Positions 27,483 through 34,026 of a stretch of DNA of 40,539 bases are shown piece by piece (the first letter of the stretch is position 1; each line of letters opens with the position of its first letter). The DNA is from a virus. Lineage: Duplodnaviria; Heunggongvirae; Uroviricota; Caudoviricetes. Under the pieces are notes generated by a model. That model was not told the origin of the DNA and did not search any database. It saw nothing but the letters and a program-made list of their open reading frames with translations. The translations under genes and the position numbers were made by a program. The DNA is taken from IMG/VR virus record IMGVR_UViG_2541047802_000008; one strand, 5' to 3'.

Positions 27483-29957
27483 ATGAGACAGGAATGTATA
27501 CAAGCGGTTCAGCAGGCGGCGCAGCGCATGTTAACGGCGCGAGAAATACAGAACATTGAAGACCGCATTTATCGAAATATGCGCTCCATTGCTCGTGATG
27601 ACCCTATGTCGTGGCGACAACTTTCCGAATCAGAGCGGCTATATCGAGCAGCACAATTGGCATCTGAAGAATTACAGCGAGAAGCGGCATTAAAGAAACG
27701 TCGTGTGGCTCTAACTATAGCCGCGCGTCAGAGATTGGATAAATTTATCAATAGCTATCAAGGGGCTGATGGGAAACTTGGCGCTCTTAACCGTACTATA
27801 GCTTTTAATGCAGACGGTAAATCTAATTTCCTCTCTGTTGAATCCAGAACAAAAGCCACCCGTGATTATGCATTGAGTCAATTGCAGGAGGCATTCGAAG
27901 CAGTTGATCCTCGCTTTTTTGGTCTGTTTGAAGATGAAGCGGGCGTACGTGACCTGGTATATGAAATGCGGGGGCAAAATACTGGCAATGCTAAAGCAAG
28001 AAACGGTGCTAAGGCGTGGAGAGAAGTTACAGAGCTGCTGCGCCGCCGGTTTAATGATGCTGGTGGGGACATTGGCTATCTCGAAAACTGGGGGATCCCT
28101 CAACATCATTCTATGGAAAAGGTTGGGGCAGTATCAAAGGATAAGTGGGTTAGCGATGTTATAGGTAAGCTGGATCGCAAATATTATATCCGAGCCGATG
28201 GACAACTGATGAACGATGCCGAGTTGTCTTCATTTCTTGGAGAGGCTTATAACACGATCGCTACTGGTGGGCTGAATAAGCTTACTGATACCGGAATGCG
28301 AATTTCCGGCGCACGTGCTAACCGTGGTAATGCATCACGACAGATACATTTCAAAGATGCAGATTCCTATCTGCAATATCAGCAACTTTATGGCGATCGC
28401 TCTCTATGGGAAATCATGGTCGGTCACCTGGAAGGTATCAGTAAAGATATTGCACTGGTGGAAACATATGGCCCAAACCCCGATCATGTTTTCCGCTCTC
28501 TTCTTGATCAGGTGAAGGCAGAAACGGCAACAGCTAACCCGAGTAAAACCGGTAAAGTCGAGCGGCTGGCGAACAACACAGAGAATCTGTACAACTTTAT
28601 TTCCGGAAAGACACAGCCTGTAGCGAATCCGCACATCGCGCGATGGTCTGACAATATCCGCAACTGGCTGGTTGCCAGCAGACTCGGATCCGCGTTGCTG
28701 TCATCGTTCTCTGATCTTGGAACCATGTATCTGTCTGCGAAGGTTACCAACCTTCCAATAAACCAGTTATTCCGCAACCAGCTTGAAGCTATGGACCCAA
28801 CGAACCGTACAGAACTTGCGCGGGCTCGCCGCGCTGGTCTGGCGATGGAATCTCTACTTGGCAGCGTTAACCGCTGGGCGATGGATAATATGGGGCCGTC
28901 AGTGTCTCGTTGGGCGGCAACGGCGGTAATGCGTGCCAGTGGGCTTACAGCATGGTCAGATGCGCACAAGCGCGCCTATGGCGTAACCATGATGGGAAGC
29001 CTGGGAGAAGTAGTGTCACGGACACCAGACCTTCGTAGCCTCGATGACTCTGATTTTCGTATCCTGAAAAGCAAAGGGATTACTGACACAGACTGGAGCG
29101 TATGGAAGCTGGCGAAACAGGAGGACTGGGGGAACGGTAATAATACGATGCTGACACCGGAAAGCATTATGCGTATCCCTGATTCAGCAGTTAAACATCT
29201 TGGTGAGCCTGAACGCGTGAAATTTGAGGCAATGCGTAAACTGCTCGGTGCCGTAACTGAAGAAGTTGATATGGCTGTTATTACACCGGGAGCACGTGAG
29301 CAACTGATAACCGGTTCTGGTATTCAGCGTGGAACATGGAAAGGTGAATTAACGAGAAGTGTTTTCCTGTTTAAATCGTTCCCTATCTCGGTTGTTATGC
29401 GTCACTGGTCACGCGCTATGGGTATGCCGTCTGCTGGTGGGCGTGCGGCATATATTGCGACGTTTATTGCCAGTACGACCATTCTTGGCGCTTTGTCGCA
29501 GCAACTTAACGACCTTGCGTCTGGTCGTAATCCTCGAGAGATGACAGGAGAAGATGCCGCAAAATTCTGGCTTGGTGCTCTACTGAAAGGTGGTGGTCTT
29601 GGCCTTTACGGTGACTTTTTATTGTCAGATCACACTAGGTACGGAAGCGGCGCGCTGGCGTCGATGCTTGGCCCGGTAGCTGGTCTGGTTGATGACGTAG
29701 TGAAGATTGCTCAGGGCATACCGTTAAATGCTGTGGAAGGGAAGAGTGAGCAGACTGGTGGTGATCTGGTGAAGCTGGGGAAAGGTTTGATGCCTGGTGC
29801 GAATCTCTGGTACTTGAAGGCGGCTCTCGATCACATGATCTTTAACCAGATGCAGGAGTATTTTTCACCAGGCTATTTGCGTAAAATGGAGCAACGTTCG
29901 AAGAAAGAGTTTAACCAGACATACTGGTGGCGACCACAGGATGTCACTCCGCAATAA
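27483..29957 (+). CDS. Internal virion / DNA-ejection protein (824 aa)
   Basis: Large ORF completing the podovirus core-protein trio before the accessory island. Confidence 0.55.
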   Translation: MRQECIQAVQQAAQRMLTAREIQNIEDRIYRNMRSIARDDPMSWRQLSESERLYRAAQLASEELQREAALKKRRVALTIAARQRLDKFINSYQGADGKLGALNRTIAFNADGKSNFLSVESRTKATRDYALSQLQEAFEAVDPRFFGLFEDEAGVRDLVYEMRGQNTGNAKARNGAKAWREVTELLRRRFNDAGGDIGYLENWGIPQHHSMEKVGAVSKDKWVSDVIGKLDRKYYIRADGQLMNDAELSSFLGEAYNTIATGGLNKLTDTGMRISGARANRGNASRQIHFKDADSYLQYQQLYGDRSLWEIMVGHLEGISKDIALVETYGPNPDHVFRSLLDQVKAETATANPSKTGKVERLANNTENLYNFISGKTQPVANPHIARWSDNIRNWLVASRLGSALLSSFSDLGTMYLSAKVTNLPINQLFRNQLEAMDPTNRTELARARRAGLAMESLLGSVNRWAMDNMGPSVSRWAATAVMRASGLTAWSDAHKRAYGVTMMGSLGEVVSRTPDLRSLDDSDFRILKSKGITDTDWSVWKLAKQEDWGNGNNTMLTPESIMRIPDSAVKHLGEPERVKFEAMRKLLGAVTEEVDMAVITPGAREQLITGSGIQRGTWKGELTRSVFLFKSFPISVVMRHWSRAMGMPSAGGRAAYIATFIASTTILGALSQQLNDLASGRNPREMTGEDAAKFWLGALLKGGGLGLYGDFLLSDHTRYGSGALASMLGPVAGLVDDVVKIAQGIPLNAVEGKSEQTGGDLVKLGKGLMPGANLWYLKAALDHMIFNQMQEYFSPGYLRKMEQRSKKEFNQTYWWRPQDVTPQ

Positions 29958-29965
29958 AAGGAGAT

Positions 29966-30091
29966 ATGATGGTTCAAATAACTTTTATTGTACTAATATG
30001 TGCAGCGTTTTTATGCTATTCATACATTTTGATAAAAATGGGTTTCAATTGGAATCTCTGTTGCGTGCAGCGGCATGGTTCGGCTTTGTAG
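29966..30091 (+). CDS. Small hydrophobic peptide candidate (41 aa)
   Basis: AAGGAG at 29958..29963 followed by two in-frame ATGs at 29966 and 29969; translation MMVQITFIVLICAAFLCYSYILIKMGFNWNLCCVQRHGSAL. An overlapping alternative frame (29998..30129) also encodes a hydrophobic peptide; which is real is unresolved. Confidence 0.25.
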   Translation: MMVQITFIVLICAAFLCYSYILIKMGFNWNLCCVQRHGSAL

Positions 30092-30176
30092 TATTCGGAA
30101 TTGTATTGTTCGGAAGAATAATAAAATAACTAGTTAATTTGTGGATTGGTGCTGTTTTTCCATGATAGGGGTAATT

Positions 30177-30557
30177 ATGAGAAAAGTATTTTTGATTTTT
30201 GGATTTATGCTTCTCGTTGGATGCCAGTCAGCTGCACAGTTTGAAAGAAATATGCTTACGTGGCGCGGGCAGAGTATAGACGCAATGGTTCAGCAGTGGG
30301 GGTATCCTCAGGGAGAGCTTACATCTCCAGATGGAAACAGAGTGTATGTTTACTCAAGCTCTGGTAGTTATAACGTACCACAAACCACAACGTATAATAC
30401 TACGTCTAATCTAATTGGTAATACTATATATTCAAACACATACGCAACAACTGATGGCGGTTATACACTCCATTTCAGTTGCTCTGTTTACGTTGAGTTT
30501 GGTGCTGATAAGATTATTAAAAATGTTACATGGCGCGGTAATAATTGCGTTGCGTGA
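30177..30557 (+). CDS. Lipoprotein (126 aa) with signal peptide and lipobox LVGC; accessory gene
   Basis: MRKVFLIFGFMLLVGCQS signal/lipobox; Thr/Ser/Tyr-rich mature region; AT-rich surroundings. Confidence 0.6.
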   Translation: MRKVFLIFGFMLLVGCQSAAQFERNMLTWRGQSIDAMVQQWGYPQGELTSPDGNRVYVYSSSGSYNVPQTTTYNTTSNLIGNTIYSNTYATTDGGYTLHFSCSVYVEFGADKIIKNVTWRGNNCVA

Positions 30558-30565
30558 CATGTCAC
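30554..30565. repeat. 12-bp perfect palindrome GTGACATGTCAC (copy 3 of 3)
   Basis: Overlaps the lipoprotein stop codon and directly abuts the terminator hairpin. Confidence 0.7.
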
Positions 30566-30590
30566 AGGCCGCTTTCGCGGCCTTGTTTTT
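30566..30590 (+). terminator. Rho-independent terminator after the lipoprotein gene
   Basis: AGGCCGC-TTT-CGCGGCCT hairpin followed by TGTTTTT. Confidence 0.6.
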
Positions 30591-30750
30591 AACGAATGCC
30601 ACCGCCACCCGGGCGGGAATCCGCAGAACGCCCACCGCAGCGTGAGCCGTCAGCAGCAGTGTCGCTGTCGTGCTGACAACGACCGGCAAAGGCCTGAGTT
30701 GAAGCTACCAGAGACAACAAAACGAACAGTGCAGCAAATGCTTTTTTCAT
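30589..30750 (-). CDS. Small secreted protein candidate (53 aa) with signal peptide
   Basis: MKKAFAALFVLLSLVASTQAFA signal peptide followed by a short Cys-containing Gly/Arg-rich region; weak RBS. Confidence 0.3.
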   Translation of the reverse strand: MKKAFAALFVLLSLVASTQAFAGRCQHDSDTAADGSRCGGRSADSRPGGGGIR

Positions 30751-30821
30751 TGTGAAATTTCCATCTATAAGCCACCTCAATGTGGCGTCAATGAGTGTAG
30801 CACTGACTTTTGTTTCGTCCA

Positions 30822-30844
30822 CAAAAAAGCCCGCAGCGCGGGCT
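30822..30844 (-). terminator. Rho-independent terminator ending the minus-strand accessory operon
   Basis: Plus-strand AAAAAA-GCCCGCAGCGCGGGC; on the minus strand the hairpin is followed by U6, immediately 3' of the 30844 stop. Confidence 0.55.
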
Positions 30845-31392
30845 TACTTTTCTTCAGGTTTGTTGTCTTCAGATTTCTTCTTGATGCTTGGTTTTTGTCT
30901 AAGAACGAAAATACCAGCCACTGCAACAACTGTACCGATCACTGTGCCAGCTAGAACTTCATGGCCTGTTAAACCTAATAATGTTGCACAAGCTACTGTA
31001 AAAATAGTTGCACTCAGGCCAAACCACTGCCCACGTTTATCTCTATTAATAGCCCCGTCAAGTGCCTTTTCCTCCATTTTCTGGCGGTGAGCAAACTCCT
31101 TCTCCGTCAGCTGGAAGATGCGTTCGGGGGCATCAGGTAAAATATCCTGATACCCGCGAAGCAGATAGGGGGGAGGAAGCGGACCCTGAAACGCATGGTG
31201 AGCGACAACTATCTCCTGAATTTCAGGGCGATCAAGAACTCTTGTGAAGGCATCTGGGTGTTGAATGATCTCGTTACTTAGCCCTTCCTCAACTTCCTCG
31301 AACTCAGTTTCTTCGTTATCACTTGGTTGCCCAATAGATTTTTGCATATTTGTCGAAGGACATTCCTTTAGCTTCTGGTTTTCCTCTTGCAT
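30844..31392 (-). CDS. Membrane protein (182 aa) with acidic N-terminal region and two C-terminal TM helices (DUF2335-like)
   Basis: C-terminal hydrophobic segments WFGLSATIFTVACATLLGL and LAGTVIGTVVAVAGIFVL followed by a Lys-rich tail; RGQ motif before the first TM. Start at 31392 overlaps the upstream gene by 74 nt; a later start at 31347 is possible. Confidence 0.5.
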   Translation of the reverse strand: MQEENQKLKECPSTNMQKSIGQPSDNEETEFEEVEEGLSNEIIQHPDAFTRVLDRPEIQEIVVAHHAFQGPLPPPYLLRGYQDILPDAPERIFQLTEKEFAHRQKMEEKALDGAINRDKRGQWFGLSATIFTVACATLLGLTGHEVLAGTVIGTVVAVAGIFVLRQKPSIKKKSEDNKPEEK

Positions 31393-31645
31393 TTGAGTTT
31401 TTCCCTGTCACTATTGCCCATTTTCCGCCAGCAGGCGCTGCAATTTTTTTTCCGTTCTTTACTATATATTCAGCATAAACACGATTTTCTGACCGTCTGA
31501 GATCGTCTCCGACCATATTCATGTCTCTTGATATAACTTTGACGACAGAGTCTCGGTTTAAAGCCTTGGCATAGTTGGAGCCAGGAACGATACCCAAAGG
31601 GGTGCCAGACTCTATAGCCAGCTCCTTGACATATCTTCTGCTCAT
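31319..31645 (-). CDS. Hypothetical protein (108 aa)
   Basis: ATG at 31645 with GAGG 6 nt upstream, 22 nt downstream of an operator-like dyad; basic protein, function unknown. Confidence 0.45.
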   Translation of the reverse strand: MSRRYVKELAIESGTPLGIVPGSNYAKALNRDSVVKVISRDMNMVGDDLRRSENRVYAEYIVKNGKKIAAPAGGKWAIVTGKNSNARGKPEAKGMSFDKYAKIYWATK

Positions 31646-31666
31646 ATGAACCTCAACCAATCGACT

Positions 31667-31681
31667 TTACCAATCGGGTAA
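31667..31681. promoter_or_regulatory. Operator-like dyad TTACC-AATCG-GGTAA
   Basis: Perfect dyad between the Ant-like gene and the 31645 gene. Confidence 0.5.
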
Positions 31682-31766
31682 TTTTAAACATGAGTATAAT
31701 GCTTTTAACTGCAACGAGTGTAAACAATTATTGATAATTGTAGGCACATCCATGTGCCGCCGCTCG

Positions 31767-32423
31767 TCAGAAGAACCCTGCTTTGTCGTTGATATACTCC
31801 GCGTGGGTCTGGATATCACGCAGGCATTTGCTCACACCGACGATGTAGCAGAACATGGTGGTCAGCTCCGCCGCCGCGCCCGATACGTCGTGCCCGTCGT
31901 CCTGTAACTGGTTCAGCAGATTCATCAGCAGTGAGTGCTCCGTCAGGCCGAGAACACCAGACGGCGAGTGAATCAAACTGCGGTAGCCGGGCTTCAGCGG
32001 GGCGCTGTATTCTTTTTTGTCTTCCAGCTTGATCGCCTCCATAATGGCGGGCATGAAGCCTGACAAGACCTTCTCCACTTTTGTTTCTTGTTGTCTTAAA
32101 CGTTTCTCGCATTCAATGAAGTAGCGTCGCACCTGGCGACCTTTTTCGTTACGCTCGACCATCGCCAGCTCTTTGGCTGTATCAAGGGTGAGGTGGTACT
32201 CTTTGCGGTTGTGGCCGCCTCTACCAGATGTTTGCTTTCCCAAATTGGAAAGCAAAATATAGTCTTGATTTTCAATGAATTCGTATTCTGATATGCGATT
32301 TGTAATCCATGCTGCAAACACCTTTTTAACACCTAAAAAAGCGTGCAGATCGCGGGCATTACAAAGTAGGGCTGTTTCGTTAGATATAGTGCCGTTGAAT
32401 ACGGGGATGAGTTGAGCGTTCAT
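31767..32423 (-). CDS. Ant-like antirepressor candidate (218 aa): N-terminal AntA-like domain plus C-terminal domain shared with the 33574..33831 protein
   Basis: N-terminal [33 protein letters not shown] resembles the AntA/AntB antirepressor N-domain pattern (from memory). The C-terminal ~70 aa align with the 85-aa protein at about 45% identity (IH(S/T)P.GV..L.E.S.LM.LL..L..DG..V.G..AELT...Y......DLQTH). Confidence 0.6.
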   Translation of the reverse strand: MNAQLIPVFNGTISNETALLCNARDLHAFLGVKKVFAAWITNRISEYEFIENQDYILLSNLGKQTSGRGGHNRKEYHLTLDTAKELAMVERNEKGRQVRRYFIECEKRLRQQETKVEKVLSGFMPAIMEAIKLEDKKEYSAPLKPGYRSLIHSPSGVLGLTEHSLLMNLLNQLQDDGHDVSGAAAELTTMFCYIVGVSKCLRDIQTHAEYINDKAGFF

Positions 32424-32580
32424 GATGGCGTCTCCACTTAGCGAATTACATCACCACCGCTGAGACCAATCAGATGGTGGTGAACTGAACGGAGTTGGTC
32501 TTACCGGCCTAAGTGGTACCGGCGTCCTTTCGGACCCCCATTCAGCCCACCATAATTCTGGCATGACTGTGCTATACGCA

Positions 32581-32665
32581 TAAAAAAACCACGTCTGGCG
32601 TGGTATGCGCCACTTAGTAATCCGGGAGACCAATCCCGGCACTGGATTTTGCCAGTGCCCGATTA
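32581..32665 (-). ncRNA. Candidate small RNA or attenuating leader upstream of the Ant-like gene
   Basis: Minus-strand unit: candidate promoter near 32660-32700 (TTTACA-N18-TAGTAA on the minus strand, overlapped by an operator dyad), two adjacent hairpins (32640..32657 and 32622..32639) and an intrinsic terminator (CCACG-CCAGA-CGTGG plus U7, plus-strand 32582..32603). No convincing ORF. Confidence 0.3.
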
Positions 32666-32694
32666 CTATGGCACAAGAGGAGTGCAATGTAAAT

Positions 32695-32709
32695 TTACCG
32701 CAAAGGTAA
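32695..32709. promoter_or_regulatory. Operator-like dyad TTACC-GCAAA-GGTAA
   Basis: Perfect dyad overlapping the candidate promoter of the leader/Ant transcription unit. Confidence 0.5.
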
Positions 32710-32787
32710 TGATAAACGCGAAGAAATATTAAAATCAACCGTATTTGGTTGATTGCGTTTAACGCTTGATCACCTGAAAGCAAGATA

Positions 32788-32802
32788 TTACCTTTAAGGT
32801 AA
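32788..32802. promoter_or_regulatory. Operator-like dyad TTACC-TTTAA-GGTAA
   Basis: Perfect dyad 21 nt upstream of ATG 32823. Confidence 0.5.
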
Positions 32803-32822
32803 TGTTATTGTGAGGAAAAGCA

Positions 32823-33551
32823 ATGGAAGTTTTCTGGATAGTTGTTGGTGTGGTTGCGGTGATTATTTACGTTATCAACCAGAACAAGACTAAGATCTCT
32901 GATCGTACGGTCGTTAATCATAACAAAACGATAAAGACCGAAGATGGGGAGATAACGATTAATCGTACACAGGTGATAGAACACACCTCTACTCAGTTTC
33001 AAAAAACTGGAGGTAATGCGCCTAATATTTCCGCACCTCCTGCTTATGATAGTGCGGTAATCCAGACATATTATAAACAGCAGGAGTTAGCAAAAGAGAG
33101 GCAACTGATTCAGCCAAAGCCGTTTACAGCTGAGCTTCCACCTGGAGTGTCAACGCGTCCGGCATATCATGGAAGATTCCCTGGTGATGACATATCGTCT
33201 CAGTCATCTAAAAAAGCACCTCAGGCAGTATCAGAGCCAGCAAGAATACCTTCTGTATCGCCGCCAAAAGAAGAATCAGCTAACAGAGTTTCAAGTGGTA
33301 GCAAGCAGTGCTTGCGATGCAGAATAAACCTACCATATGAAAAATTCAGGAAATCGTCAAAAAATCCAGATGGATTGACTAAGTGGTGTGCAAGGTGTCT
33401 CGATGGCCCAAAGAATACACGCCATATGAAGTGGTGCCCAATTTGTAATGTCCGCAGAAAACGAACAAGCTTTTACCCTAATAATCAAAATGCGGATGGC
33501 TTAATGGCATGGTGCAAAACGTGCTGGGACGAGCACAAAGCGAAACGATAG
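32823..33551 (+). CDS. Membrane-anchored protein (242 aa): N-terminal TM helix, low-complexity linker, two tandem Cys4 zinc-ribbon repeats
   Basis: TM helix FWIVVGVVAVIIYVI; C-terminal repeats C-LRC-x22-WC-ARC and C-PIC-x24-WC-KTC, each with DGL before WC; GAGG SD. Confidence 0.6.
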   Translation: MEVFWIVVGVVAVIIYVINQNKTKISDRTVVNHNKTIKTEDGEITINRTQVIEHTSTQFQKTGGNAPNISAPPAYDSAVIQTYYKQQELAKERQLIQPKPFTAELPPGVSTRPAYHGRFPGDDISSQSSKKAPQAVSEPARIPSVSPPKEESANRVSSGSKQCLRCRINLPYEKFRKSSKNPDGLTKWCARCLDGPKNTRHMKWCPICNVRRKRTSFYPNNQNADGLMAWCKTCWDEHKAKR

Positions 33552-33575
33552 GCCGCTCTTGCGGCCTTTAAATTT
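33551..33575 (+). terminator. Rho-independent terminator after the zinc-ribbon protein gene
   Basis: GGCCGC-TCTT-GCGGCC hairpin followed by TTTAAATTT. Confidence 0.5.
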
Positions 33576-33831
33576 ACCGGGTTTGTTTTCGTAATTGTTC
33601 GGCACAATAGTCGAGATGTGTTTGCAGATCCTGCATAGACATCTGTGAGCTGGTGACGTAGTTAATCAGTGCAGTCAGTTCGGCAAGTGGGCCATCGACA
33701 TTAAATCCATCCTTATCGAGATCCCGGAGTAATTTCATCAAGTGCGATCCCTCCACCAGTGACCTGACGCCTCCCGGCGTGTGAATCCTTTCGGTAAATC
33801 CGTCTTCCAGTGGATAGTGATACTGCTGCAT
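33574..33831 (-). CDS. LexA-controlled small protein (85 aa), paralogue of the Ant-like C-terminal domain; candidate SOS-inducible antirepressor or modulator
   Basis: ATG at 33831 with GGAGAAG SD; a near-consensus LexA box lies 22 nt upstream. The ORF-track start at 33954 would run through the LexA box and operator and is rejected. Confidence 0.6.
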   Translation of the reverse strand: MQQYHYPLEDGFTERIHTPGGVRSLVEGSHLMKLLRDLDKDGFNVDGPLAELTALINYVTSSQMSMQDLQTHLDYCAEQLRKQTR

Positions 33832-33852
33832 CTTATCTTCTCCATGCAATAA

Positions 33853-33868
33853 CTGTATATTTATACAG
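33853..33868. promoter_or_regulatory. LexA (SOS) box CTGTATATTTATACAG
   Basis: With flanks AACTGTATATTTATACAGTA it matches the enterobacterial LexA consensus TACTGTATATATATACAGTA at 18 of 20 positions; a TATAAA -10-like element lies inside the box on the coding (minus) strand. Confidence 0.75.
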
Positions 33869-33907
33869 TAGCAAATAATTTGTTTGCTATCCAGCACGTT
33901 TTGCAAA

Positions 33908-33922
33908 TTACCCGAAAGGTAA
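33908..33922. promoter_or_regulatory. Operator-like dyad TTACC-CGAAA-GGTAA
   Basis: Perfect dyad upstream of the LexA-box promoter, between it and the tailspike gene. Confidence 0.5.
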
Positions 33923-34026
33923 TATCTATTGGTATTTATAGTCTTTTTATCCATATATGGTTTTTCAGGTAATAGAATAACCAGATATGCGGCGCAACGG
34001 GTGCTGCGACTATCTGGAGATTTAAC

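Noticed and set aside
32451-32783. 110-aa minus-strand ORF upstream of the Ant-like gene
   Set aside because: It spans the hairpins, terminator and operator dyads of the leader region; interpreted as structured non-coding RNA/DNA.
33832-33954. Upstream start (33954) for the LexA-controlled small gene
   Set aside because: The extension covers the LexA box and operator dyad; ATG 33831 has a proper SD and places the box in a promoter position.
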